Both the position numbers and the translations under genes were made by a program. A stretch of DNA of 64,000 bases from Eledone cirrhosa (Eukaryota), in contig OZ024758.1 in NCBI GenBank assembly GCA_964016885.1, positions 27,652,001-27,716,000 of the forward strand, given 5' to 3'. The notes beneath the pieces are model-generated. The model searched no databases. It had not been told where the DNA came from and worked only from the letters and a program-made list of their open reading frames with translations. Numbering within the stretch: position 1 is the first letter of the stretch; each line of letters starts with the position of its first letter. This document shows, piece after piece, positions 1 through 12,360 of this stretch.

Positions 1-358
1 ATGTAGCTACCACTGTCCCCGCCTCCAATGTTTTCTCTCCTAGGTATCCCACTCTCAACAGTTCCTCTTCCATCATACTCTCACTGCCTTCTCCCATTAC
101 AATCACCTCTACTCCTTTTTCCTCCAGACATAGAAGCCATAACAAAAATGTAATGTATAACCATGGAAAACAGACATACAATGATTATGATGTTGTAATG
201 ACTTTTAACAAATTTTTGATTCATTATGTAATTTTTTTTTTTAAATGAAGAGAAAATCTATACAAAAAAAAAGAAATGATTTTAATGTTATTAGAAATTT
301 AAATATTTTTTAATATTTAAATTTTTAAGAAAATAATTAAGAAAAAATATCTACTTAC

Positions 359-490
359 CTTCACATAACATATCTGGAACAGGGGGACAAATAAGTTGCT
401 TAAATGTCTCCTGGTCAAACCGACCAGATTTGGATTTTTCCTTGAGGTCCCAGTAACATTTTTCGAGTTCATTAATATCAGTCTCTTCCA
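359..490 (-). CDS. USP32: USP32 coding exon (equivalent to vertebrate exon 6), 132 bp
   Basis: Encodes (L)EETDINELEKCYWDLKEKSKSGRFDQETFKQLICPPVPDMLCE(G), matching recalled human LEESDIIDLEKRYWLLKAQSRTGRFDLETFGPLVSPPIRPSLSEG; AG acceptor at 491-492, GTAAGT donor below 359; phase 1/1. Confidence 0.93.
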
Positions 491-619
491 CTACAAAGTA
501 AAAATTACATAAATTAATTGAAACAGACGAGTTGAGAGAGAAACTGTGTATAAGAGGAATAAGCTGTAGTGTGCAGAAGACTATGTTGGTATGGCCATGT
601 GATGTGCAGGGACGATGAC

Positions 620-832
620 CGCTAGCCATATCTAGGTGATATAATAGCCAATGTCTAGGTGATATGATAGCCATATCTAGGTGATATAATAGCCAATGTC
701 TAGGTGATATAATAGCCAATGTCTAGGTGATATGATAGCCAATGTCTAGGTGATATGATAGCCATATCTAGGTGATATAATAGCCAATATTTAGGTGATA
801 TGATAGCCATATCTAGGTGATATGGTAGTCAT
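620..832. repeat. 22/23-bp minisatellite (tagccatatctaggtgatataa / tagccaatgtctaggtgatatga), ~9 units
   Basis: Directly visible tandem units. Confidence 0.9.
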
Positions 833-1029
833 ATGACAGCTAATAAACCAATTTTTAGTCTCTATTCCTGATTATGTTGATTGTGATAAGCCAAGTTAAC
901 AGTAAATAGTTATTTTGGCTCTTGAGATTGCCCTCGTTTAGATTACTACTGTTGTAGTAATCTACATTAATTCCCATAGAATTGCCCATTTTTGCATATC
1001 TCTTCTCTTCTCTTCCTCTTCGCCCACTT

Positions 1030-1380
1030 AATCCTGGAAAGGTTGTTGGGGCAGAGTATTCAGGTGCACCTTCCAGAGGGTCCTATCAGAAGCAACTGCC
1101 TCCAAATGATCCAGATGATCACCAAGTGTGACTAAGCTTATGGATGTTATCCAACCATCTTGCTCGTGGTCGGTCTCTGGGCCTTCTCTAAGTTGGCTTT
1201 GCTCAGGAAATCTGTCCAGTGATTCATTTTTTAGGCATTCTAACCATATGTCGTTAGTAACAGAGATGTGATCTCTCGAGGCAGTGAAGTAGTGGCTCTA
1301 CCTGGAGCAACTCCATGATCTCCAAGCTACGTAAACTATTAAGTAACATTACTCCAAAGACCCTTCAGAGGAACCCCATT
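1030..1380 (-). mobile_element. Degenerate RTE-type LINE 3' fragment
   Basis: Homologous to fragments at 31675-32170 and 42120-42420, which translate to RLRYYGHxxRM..GRRPKGRP..WL. Confidence 0.7.
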
Positions 1381-1424
1381 TTAAATCAATTTAAAAACTA
1401 CGTTAGTTATGTGATAAGGGTATA

Positions 1425-1880
1425 GGGTGGTGGAATGGCTGCTGTACCAGTAGAGCGTTGGACAACATGCTTTGTGGCATATAGTTACGTCCCTTTACAT
1501 TCTGAGTTCAAATCCTGTCTAGGTTACCTTTACCTTTCTTCCTTGTGAAGTCAATAAAATAAAGTACCAGTAATGCACTGGGGTTGATTTAATCAACTTT
1601 CCTCTTCCCTTCAAATTTCTGGCCTTGTGCCAAAAGTAGAAACAATTATTATAATCAGTAGCAGATTAGTTGAGTCATTAGAGCATCAGACAAAATACTT
1701 TGTGGCATTTGTTTCAAGCCCGTACGTTCTGAGTTCAAATCCTGCCATGGTCAAGTTTGTCTTTCATCCTTCTGGGGTCAATAAAATAAAATACCAGTAA
1801 AATACTGAAGTCAATACATTTGACTCTCCCCTCCACACAAATTGTTAGCTTTATGTATAAATTACAAATCCTTATTATAA
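1425..1880 (+). mobile_element. Two older copies of tRNA-derived SINE family A
   Basis: B-box-like gagttcaaatcc and central gtcaataaaataaagtaccagtaa motif shared with many copies. Confidence 0.75.
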
Positions 1881-2116
1881 TTAGTGCTTGGAGAGAAAGA
1901 GTGCAATGCAGGAGAAGAGGGCAAACACTTTGTAAATGCAAGCTCCAATTTTCTTAACCCTTCAGCATTTATACTGGCCATAACTGGCTGCTCATACTGA
2001 TGTTAAGGTATTGTTCTCAAAATAAATAATATCAAAATCTCATACATTCAATATTATATGAGATAATTATGTAAAATAAAGTGATTACCGTGAAAATACA
2101 ATAGTAAATATAGAGT

Positions 2117-2300
2117 AATAGTTTCTACTTTTGGCACAAGGCCAGCAATTACCCAGTACATTACTGGTACTTTATTTTATCGACCCCGTAAGAATGAAAG
2201 GCAAAGTTAACCTCGACGGGATTTGAACTCAGACCGTAAAGGGACGTAACTATGCTAGAAAGCATGGCATCCAACCCTCTACCGATACTGCAAATTCACC
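2117..2300 (-). mobile_element. SINE family A inserted in a TTAA-CCC MITE
   Basis: Reverse complement of the 5541-5925 units; MITE sequence resumes after it (aatgctaagtggttaa). Confidence 0.8.
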
Positions 2301-3609
2301 AGAATAATGTCAATGCTAAGTGGTTAAATTGCTCCAGAAAATATTCTCTCTAATAGACAGCTACAAAAGCAACCTAAAAAATCACGTAGCTGGTTAAACA
2401 TAATAATTATCTTTCTACCTCATATTTACAATTTTCTTTTTTTAAGTTAAATATCAAATTTTGTAGAGAAAATAAAATTAGTGCAATTACGAAATATAAT
2501 TGAGATATTCAAAGAAATATTTGTTTTGTTTTTTAAGGTTGTTGTTTAATCAAACATTTTGTATGTGACAAAGTTTAAGAAAAACAGAAGAAACAATAAA
2601 AATAAAATACATTTAAATCACATCTTTAAAAGGTGATTACTGGTTCATATGTGATAAAATAATAGAAGATAAAATAATCAGAAAATATGAAAATTTAAAA
2701 CAATAATTAACTTTCTGTTCAAACTAGCTGCTCATACTGACATTAAGATATTGTTCTCAAAATCTCATAGATTTGATATTATGTGAGATAATTATGTGAG
2801 GTAAAGCCTTTACCACAAAAATACAATAGTAAATACAGAGTATTGTAAATGTTAAAGGGTTAAACTAATATCTTATCCTCATTACTTAGGTCTAGACTAG
2901 GGAGATTGGTCAACTAGTTTCAGTGTGTATTACACCTTCAATTAATCTCTTTCCTAACTACAGAAAAAATACTAACTTATAAGTATTTATAGTACACAAA
3001 CTCAGACAGAATTCAGTTATTTTATTTAATTAGAATAACAGTGCAACCACTGGAAACCTAAATGAATGAATGAATGCCTTAATAGGAGCATTACACAGTG
3101 ATCAAATAATTAGAAATAGTTAGTAAGCACATGCTGCAAATTTAACTTAAATTTCCTATTAGTTCTTACTAAATTTAAAATCTTTGGAGTTAGCATTTAC
3201 ATTACTCTATATTTACTATTGTATTTTCACAGTAATCACTTTATTTCACATAATTATCTCATATAATATTGAATCTATGAGATTTTGATGATATTTATTT
3301 TGAGAACAATACCTTATGGCCAGTTTGAACAGAAAGAGGTGAGATAATTCTGGCTGGTTATTATTGCCAGTTTAAATGCTAAAGGGTTAAATATACTCAA
3401 ACAACCATATTTATCACTTTCACATCAAAATGTTTATAGAAAACTGCAAATATTTGACATAAACATGTCTTATGCTGCATTCTGTCAAATTCCAATGTCA
3501 TAACTTTCTTAGATCCACATTAACTATTTATTTAGTTTTCATTTTTCCCCTCAAGTTAATTATTATACGACATTGTGTTAAGGGTTTATTTTCATTTGAA
3601 AAACAGTTA

Positions 3610-3937
3610 CAGCGGAACCTCGGTTCATGAACACCTCTCATCACAAACAAATCAGTTTATGAACATAAAATGTCTCAGTTCACGAACGGTGTCTTGAGTA
3701 ACAAACACCCAAGCCAGCAACAACAGTTGGCAACAAGCTGGGAGTATCAGTGGGAAAATGTCACTTGATGTGTAGTTAGTTACTATGGTGATATCTGTCT
3801 TTCACACACAGTCTCTCTCCCTCACTATATTTCTCTCTCAACATTTCGTATGAGAAAAACAGTTTCAGTTTACGAACATTTCGGGTGATGAATAGTCTTT
3901 CAGAAACAAATTAAGTTTGTGAACTGAGGTTGTGCTG
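3610..3937. mobile_element. pogo/Tigger-like MITE
   Basis: Imperfect TIRs cagcggaacctcggttc / gaactgaggttgtgctg, flanked by TA on both sides. Confidence 0.75.
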
Positions 3938-4185
3938 TATTTGAAGTTAAACAGAATGTCTCATGAAACAAGAGTATCATAAGAAAAAGTTTGGCTTAGC
4001 TGGAAATCTAATATCAGAAGTAAGTAGTAGCTTCACTATTATTTTCAACATGGAAAGAAAAATGGCAGAAATATTAAGTGAGAAAAGAAATGAATGCCAG
4101 GTTCATCCTAAAAACTGACACAAATGGCATTCCTCCATTTCTGTTTTTGTATTATTAAAAGGAGAGAAACTTTTAATTTACTGTA

Positions 4186-4365
4186 ATATTGTTTCTACTT
4201 TTGGCACAAGGCCAGCAATTACCCCAGTGCATTACTGGTACTTTATTCTATCGACCCCGGAAGGATTAAAGGCAAAGTTAACCTCGGCGGGATTTGAACT
4301 CAGATCATACAGGGAGGTAACTCTATGCTTTAAAGCATGGCATCCGACCCTCTACCGATACTGCC
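4186..4365 (-). mobile_element. SINE family A
   Basis: Near-identical to other copies. Confidence 0.85.
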
Positions 4366-4792
4366 TAATATTGCCACAAGATTCTATCTTTTTCACTCTT
4401 GGTATCATCCTCAATCTTCTGGCTATCTGCCTCTTTTCCTGTCTATAGCAATATGGGGTCCTGACTCTTTTCCTATATATATATATATGTCTTTTAAGAC
4501 TATACAGAGCATTTGATGTTATTCCAAATTGAAGGATAAGTGTTTCAAACTTTATTTTATCATGAGTTAAAGGTCTATAGATTTTTCCCTGGATTTTACT
4601 AAATTCTGTGGATGAATTTATATCCTGATTCTCTTTTGAGATGAGTTTGAGTTATTTTTCCTAAATCTTTCGTTAACTACTTTTCCCATCTTGACGTTAT
4701 AGTCGCATATATGTTATAGAATGCCGTTAGCTTCTTGCTAAAACAATCTCTATACCTCTCATTTATATATATATATATATAAATATATATAT

Positions 4793-5318
4793 ATGTAGGG
4801 GCTCCCAAAGGAGCACTGAGTGCAATGTCAACTCTGGATGTCGGTGAGCATGTCTAGCCAACCTCAGTCTCCTCTGTGTCACTTTTGAGCTGACTTTTGG
4901 GATGCTCCCATACAGCTCTGAGTTTTTCATCCTCAGTGTATACTGATTAATGTTCAGAGCCATCCTCAGCATTCTCGTGTAGCACCCATCCACCATCTGA
5001 GTGAGTTTCTTGGTCAGTGTCCAAGTCTCAGACCCATACAGCAGCACAGACTCCACTACAGCAATGAAGAGGCGGATTTTCAGGTCTCTACGAAGGTCCG
5101 ACTTCCACACCGATCTCAAACTGTGGCAGCCCCTACATGTGGGAGCCCCTACATGGACACACTAGAAGAGGAAGACCAAGGTTAACATATGTTGATGCCC
5201 TAAGGACAGACACTGGTCTGTTGGAGATGCAGGATATGGCAGCGATAATGAGGGACAGAGACCGCTGGAGAGAACTCGTCCATGGATCTCGGGAATTTTA
5301 CCCGCCTTAGATAGATAG
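4793..5318. mobile_element. 5'-inverted RTE-type LINE 3' end inserted in (TA)n
   Basis: Minus part encodes ..SVLLYGSETW..RRLRLARH..LWEPLH; plus part from 5140 continues WEPLHGHTRRGRPRLTYVD..RDRWR..* and ends in a (taga)n tail. Confidence 0.85.
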
Positions 5319-5352
<34 letters not shown>

Positions 5353-5479
5353 GTTATATATATATATGTTATATATATATATGTATATAGTTATAATGGT
5401 TTGTACACTTTGATTTATTATTTCAATTAATTTGAATACACCGTTCCATCTGTAGTTTATGCATATTTCTCTCCTTACT

Positions 5480-5523
<44 letters not shown>

Positions 5524-5540
5524 CATATACACACTCATTT

Positions 5541-5925
5541 GCGGTGGATTGGCAGTATCGGTAGAGGGTCGGACACCATGCTTTGACGCATAGAGTTGCG
5601 GCCCTTGCCATTCTGAGTTCAAATCCCGCCGAGGTTAACTTTGCCTTTCATCCTTACGGGGTCGATAAAATAAAGTACCAGTAATGCACTGGGATAATTG
5701 CTGGCCTTGTGCCAAAGAGTAGAAACAATTATTATTATTATGGATTGGCAGTATCGGTAGAGGGTCGGACGCCATGCTTTGACGCATAGAGTTGCGGCCC
5801 TTGCCATTCTGAGTTCAAATCCCGCCGAGGTTAACTTTGCCTTTCATCCTTACGGGGTCGATAAAATAAAGTACCAGTAATGCACTGGGATAGTTGCTGG
5901 CCTTGTGCCAAAGAGTAGAAACAAT
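5541..5925 (+). mobile_element. Tandem pair of tRNA-derived SINE family A (~190 bp each)
   Basis: A-box-like tggcagtatcggt, B-box gagttcaaatcc, (att)n-type tail; two near-identical units. Confidence 0.9.
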
Positions 5926-5972
5926 CATCTATCATATAAGTGATTATCTATTGATAATAGTTTAATACTTAC

Positions 5973-6132
5973 AATGAGTAACTCCAGCCAAAGTTTGGTA
6001 AAATGTCGGTGTTTCCATCTCATTTGATAACGTCACACTAAGAGGTTCCAACAGCAGCCATTTGGTCAAAAGAGTGGCATCCGGGTGTGAACTCACCCAA
6101 GAACTAAATTGGTCATAAGTCACTTGGTCACA
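5973..6132 (-). CDS. USP32: USP32 coding exon (exon 5 equivalent), 160 bp
   Basis: Translates CDQVTYDQFSSWVSSHPDATLLTKWLLLEPLSVTLSNEMETPTFYQTLAGVTH; TPTFYQTLAGVTH is identical to recalled human USP32; tttatag acceptor, gtaagt donor; not in the ORF track. Confidence 0.95.
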
Positions 6133-6683
6133 CTATAAATATGGAAAAAAAAAATCACAAGCATGATTAGTCAATATCCTCTCACCATTTTAAAAGCCAT
6201 TTTCATAAAACATTTTCCCCCTTTCAGCCTCCAGGTCGTCACCCCAATACTAATCACAATTTCAGGCATATTTGCCTTGAAAGAACAGCCATGACTTAGA
6301 GTGGTGAGGACTCTTTAGCTTTGCAGGAAGCAAGACAGCGTTTCCAATGTTGGTGCCACAACAAACACACCGAACATATTCTGTAAAGTGGCTGGGGATC
6401 AAATGGAGACAATGTAGGAGAGAGAGAGGATTCTTTAATCTTGTCAAGGATATAAGAACCTCACCAGAAATATTGCTATGATAGTACATTCTGTAAAACT
6501 GTTGGTGTTAGGAAGGGCATCCAGCTGTAGAAACCATGCCAAAAATAGAATGCACAAGTAAGATATGGTTCTCCAACGCATCTAAAAGAGTAGTAACTCT
6601 GAATAAGAACTGACTTGAACCATAATGACTCATCAAACCCATGCCAGCACAGGAAGTGGACATAAAATAATAATAATTGTTTC

Positions 6684-6974
6684 TACTTTAGGCACAAGGC
6701 CAGCAATTACCCAGTGCATTACTGGTACTTTATTTTATCGACCCCGTAAGGATGAAAGGCAAAGTCAACCTCGGTGGGATTTGAACTCAGATCGTAAAAG
6801 GACGTAACTATGCTGGAAAGCATGGCGTCCGACCCTGCTTTCCAGCATAGTTACGTCCCCTAACGATCTGAGTTCAAATCCCGCCGAGGTTGACTTTGCC
6901 TTTCATCCTTACGGGGTCGATAAAATAAAGTACCAGTAATGCACTGGGTAATTGCTGGCCTTGTGCCTAAAGTA
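6684..6974. mobile_element. Head-to-head inverted pair of SINE family A
   Basis: ~140-bp arms around a 13-nt spacer at 6823-6835. Confidence 0.9.
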
Positions 6975-7017
6975 ATAATGAGGATTAAACTAAAATATTC
7001 TCGATTTTAATTTATTT

Positions 7018-7512
<495 letters not shown>

Positions 7513-7518
7513 TTTTTT

Positions 7519-7653
7519 ATTATATAATAAACAACACAATATAATTATTCCATCACCTAAGGTTTCAGGAAATAAGACTTTTCTAACAGCAACGTCTTAT
7601 TTCATGAAACCTTAGGTAATGCAATAATTATAGTATGTTGTTTATTATATAAT
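7519..7653. repeat. Imperfect fold-back (arms ~60 bp), probable Penelope pLTR remnant
   Basis: Inverted arms with 15-nt spacer adjacent to (TA)n; nearby ttgagcacttt motif shared with other such remnants. Confidence 0.6.
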
Positions 7654-7723
7654 TAAATAGCTCTGTACTATATATTGAGCACTTTTCTTTCCTTTACCTT
7701 TTCTATGGAAATACATAACACAT

Positions 7724-7754
<31 letters not shown>

Positions 7755-8140
7755 GTTTAACGTCCATCTTCCACGCTTGAATGGGTTTGGATGGGAGTTT
7801 TCCCACTTCAGGCAAGAGTGGTTGTCTTGCTTGCATAGGACTGTCTGGCGGGTTTTCTATGGCTGGATGCCCTTCCTAACACCAACCACGTTTACAGTGT
7901 GGGACTGGGAGGTTTTTACCGTGTTACCTACACGGCCACATTACAGCGTGGACTGTGTGTTTTCTTGTCGTGACACCTACACGACCTCGTTTGTTTCGGA
8001 CTGGATGTTGTGGTACCAACATAACTTTACATAAAACATATATATATATATATAATTGAGTCCCGGATTCAATTGGGGGCAACCATAGTAAGTAAAGTAC
8101 TCAATACATTAGTAGAGTGTATACAAGAAATTCAATATAC

Positions 8141-8245
8141 AAATGGCTTCTACAGGACTAGAACTGTTTCATTCAAAGGAAATCATCAGGAAAGCCCTGA
8201 TGATTTCCTTTGCATGAATCTGTTCTAGTCCTGTAGAAACTATTT
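8141..8245. repeat. Fold-back (50-bp arms, 5-nt spacer) containing a degenerate hammerhead core
   Basis: Both arms begin cctgatga; the minus arm reads ctgatga-tttcctttgaat-gaaa-cagttc. Confidence 0.65.
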
Positions 8246-8869
8246 CTATATTAAATTTGTTATATATATATATTTTATATATTGCAATATTGAAGTTATT
8301 CAATGAGACTGGTGCCTTTTTGGGGTCAAACAACATATCGATTATGTCACATGTATAGTTGACATTACACACCAAATCCCCAGCTGCTCTAAAATGTCAT
8401 CAAGGCTTAACCTTCTGGTATTCTTGTTAAAACAATATAGCATCATATGTGTAGGAAGGACTACTCTGGGACAAATGCACAAATATTTCTCCTGTTGAAT
8501 ACATCATGTTTCATCAGAAGAAAGACTGGTTTATCATTCTAATCAAAACTATTGCCAAATGGAAACACAGCAGGCCTGATATAGTTAATTAAGACAAAAC
8601 AACAAGAATTGTGTACTTTTACAGGGGCACATTTCATTCATAATTACTTAAAAAGCCATCATCCTAGTCTGGCATTTGAAGGAATTTAAAAAAAAATATC
8701 TAACCATATTAAGCTGGTGTTTAGTACATAGCTTACAGATATTTTTCCATAAAATTCTTTTTGATTTAAATAGGAATACTTTGACATCAGAGGAATAGTT
8801 TTGTCATCACAGAATTGGGGCAGTTTGGGTTAAGTTTTTATCAGTTGTAGTGATTTACTGGTCCTAATC

Positions 8870-9150
8870 TTATTTCTTCTTCTTGTCGTGTCCACAAGAG
8901 TGTCAGTTACAAAGCTTGGCTAGATGTGGTTCCAACACAGCTGAACACATTGCTGTCCTTTCTCATTAAACTCCACCAAGTCCAATTGGTGTGCCGGGGT
9001 GTTCCAGCATGGGGCATATCAGGAGGTGTCGTGTAGTCTGTGGCTCCATGCCGCAGTCACACACAACATTCCCATCCTTTAAATATCACCATTTTGCAAG
9101 AGTGATTTTTGCACGTCCAACACCAGATCTTAGTCTGTTGAGGCATTTCC
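8870..9150 (-). mobile_element. Non-LTR retrotransposon 3' fragment
   Basis: Minus translation resembles LNRLRSGVGR..C.CGM..QT..HL..C, typical of LINE C-termini. Confidence 0.55.
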
Positions 9151-9634
9151 ACACTGACACCCAAGAAATGACCCCCAAAATCAATATAGGTAGCCTTTAA
9201 CAAAACAAAGCATTGTAAGACATTTAGAGTGATGTTGCATTGTTCTGACATCTTGCCACCTCACAACATATTAAATTTATAATCATAAAAGTTAATACGT
9301 TTGTTAACTAGCTTGGTTTATAAATGGGGTTTGGATTTTTGCTCATTTCTCAGACATAAAATAGAGGAAGTTGGCTTACATTCCAGTATATACGATATGC
9401 AATGTAATCAACCACCAAAGAAATAACACCTTGCCCTGAACCGCACACACTTTAAAAAAAGACAAATACACAACGCACTATACATACATATAGGCATATA
9501 TATGTAGGACAGACACCTAAAAAGCAATAGAGGTTGAAATGTTGTGTCTATAACCATCAAAATTAGGACAATTGTAAGAATGTACCAACATATAATAAGC
9601 AATCAATTTTAACAATGTAACTGTTCTACATTAC

Positions 9635-9753
9635 CTCTTTAAAAAGTTCTGAAAGAGACTGAGAAACTTGCTGTTCAGTTTCTAAAATACGACGATCCAT
9701 TTCTTCTTTTTGTATATAACTGAAGGATTCATCAGCATACATCCCAAACAGCA
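9635..9753 (-). CDS. USP32: USP32 coding exon (exon 4 equivalent), 119 bp
   Basis: (L)LFGMYADESFSYIQKEEMDRRILETEQQVSQSLSELFKE, aligns with human YIFSLFSSESGNYVIREEMERML..; ttttag acceptor, gtaa donor; phases 1/0 fit neighbours. Confidence 0.92.
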
Positions 9754-9881
9754 CTAAAAACAAATAGAACAATGAAATAATCAGATAGAATGTAATACAG
9801 TTTATAGTGGTCAAGTTTTATATTGAATATTATACAAAAGTGTTTAAACTGTAGAAGCATGCATGGTCGTTTAACCCTTCA

Positions 9882-12120
9882 CTAGTTAAACCGGCCATAT
9901 CCGGCCAGAATTCTCTGACCTCTTTCTGTTCAAACCAATCATAACTGGCTGCTCATACGCCGCTGTGGCACCGGTCAGTAGAGACTTCAAAGGTTGTGGT
10001 GGTTCCTGTAGAGGAGGCAGTCTCACTTTGCCATCAGAGCAGCACATCCCTGAAGTTTCCCCAAGCCATTTTTTGGCCCGACAATATTGGCAAATGACAG
10101 ACATGGATCCAATCTGAACTTCTAGCATCAGTGCATAGTTTACTGTTGGGTCATAGTGGAAAGCCTTATGAGACCACTGAGTGCAACTGATCCTCTGTGT
10201 ACCTTGTTTAGCACTCCTGCGGAGTATGTTGGCGTTTAGCCTTTGTAATTGAATTTGCACAGTCTCTGATGCGCGAACGGAAGCTGTTGAAGCGGCATCC
10301 GTACGTTGACATCTGGAACGCTGCCCTTCATCCTCGGCAGCACGTGACGCAGCAGTTGAGGCGACATCTCTTCGTCGTCATCTGTAACGGTGTTCTTCAT
10401 CCTCACCGTCACGTGCCACAGTGGTGGAGGACACATTTTTGCTTCATCGTCGAGAATGTTGTTCATCAGTTTGCGCTGCATGTGCAACTGCAGTTACAAA
10501 TGCATTTCCGGAAAGGCGGATGCTCCTCTTTTTTTCTGTCTCGGTTGCCCGGGTAATTGCATTTCGAGTTGAATTTTGTGACAACCGAGTCAATTTTTTT
10601 ATGGACAACTCTGTAGCTCTTCTTCGTTTGGCAGCAGAAGCAGCTTTAGTTTGGCGACTAAGTCGTGGTCTTTTTTGGGTGGCATGACCGTTGATTCAAA
10701 GAATGTGTTTGGTAGCGAAAATTTTCAAATGAACTTTGAATTAGTTTCAAGTGAGTACTATGTTGTAGCAGGACCGAACACGTAAATATTTATACAGGTA
10801 ATGGGGCATGAAAGGGGGAGTAGCCAAAACTTTCAATTGAACGGTGAGTAAGTGGAAAGTGAGTACTAAGTAAGATCTATGAAGAATGCACGTCAAATAA
10901 TAGGTCAAACCTGTAAGCCAAGCCTGTCCGAATTATAGCACAAAAGAGCGTAAACAGGGCGTTATTTTGGAGCACACTGGAAAATAAATCATCGAAATCG
11001 GACGTTCGTGAAAAAAGTTTTCTCATTAATTTTTTGTCTCATATTGAGAAAAACAAAGAAAGAAAAATTACAAAAAGGACAACAATAAAATATAATGTCT
11101 TTGTTGAGATTCAAGTAAATGAACGCTTAAGCGTCGTTATTGTTATGTTTGTTGTTTTATAAATTCATCTGTTGCTTTTGAATATTTGTTATTTGATGTA
11201 AAATGTAACTTTGAGAGAGCAGTATGTATTTTAAAATTTTGATATTTGATGTATGACAAACGAAGAGGGGGAATGATCTATTATAGAGAGAGAAGATTTG
11301 TCGTTGTTCTAAACTGTAATGGAGACGGAGGCAGTAACCTTTTAAAGAGAGTTGCAGAGTAGATTGAGAGTAGTGAGAGGAATGAAGCGTGTAAGAGAGA
11401 GGGTTATCAAAGTTTGTGTCGGGTTCCTTCAGAGACAGAGGCAGTAACCTTTTAAAGAGAGTTGCAGAGGAGATTGAGGGTAGTGAGAGGAATGAAGCGT
11501 GTAAGAGAGAGATGGTTATCAAAGTTTGTGTCACGTTCCTTCAGAGACGGAGGCAGTAACCTTTTAAAGAGAGTTGCGGAGTAGATTGAGGGTAGTGAAA
11601 GGATTGAAGCGTGTAAGAGAGAGGGTTATCAAAGTTTGTGTCACGTTCCTTCAGAGACGGAGGCAGTAACCTTTTAAAGAGAGTTGCAGTGGAGATTGAG
11701 GGTAGTGAGAGGAATGAAGCGTGTAAGAGAGAGGGTTATCAAAGTTTGTGTCACGTTCCTTCAGAGACGGAGGCAGTAACCTTTTACAGAGAGTTGCAGT
11801 GGAGATTGAGGGTAGTGAGAGGAATGAAGCGTGTAAGAGAGAGGGTTATCAAAGTTTGTGTCACGTTCCTTCAGAGACGGAGGCAGTAACCTTTTAAAGA
11901 GAGTTGCGGAGGAGATTGAGGGTACTGAGAGGAATGAAGCGTGTAAGAGAGAGGGTTACAGCATGTATTTAGTTTTATTGATTTTTTTTCATAGAAGCAG
12001 GAAATGTTTGGCAAAAGTAATTACACGTTGACCTGCCCTGGTAAATTTGGAGCACATTGGAAAAAAAATCATCAAAATCGTACACACACACAGACATCTA
12101 CCGTTTTATAGAGATAGAGA
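9882..12120 (-). mobile_element. Non-autonomous Helitron retaining a frameshifted N-terminal Rep/Hel coding region
   Basis: 5' A|TCTCTATCTCTATAAAA at 12120; ORF start MPPKKRPR at 10685; KAFHYDP..IGSMSVICQYCRAKKWLGETSGMCCSDGKVRLPPL is the Helitron N-terminal Cys motif; CTAG|T at 9885-9881. Confidence 0.82.
11322..11958. repeat. 110-bp minisatellite (~5.8 copies) inside the Helitron
   Basis: ggcagtaacc recurs at 11330, 11440, 11552, 11662, 11772, 11882. Confidence 0.92.
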
Positions 12121-12326
12121 TATTACATCAAGATTGACTCTACGGAATGACTAGTTCTATCCAGTGGTGAACCAACAAACCTAAATAAATATATATATAT
12201 AGAGAGAGAGACAGGATAACAAGATATTGTTATAGGTAATGCAGTTAGAGGTTGTGAATACTACTTATCATGGATAGTTTTAGCGTTGTATGACAAGAGT
12301 CATACAACGTTATTCTCCATTTTTTC

Positions 12327-12360
<34 letters not shown>

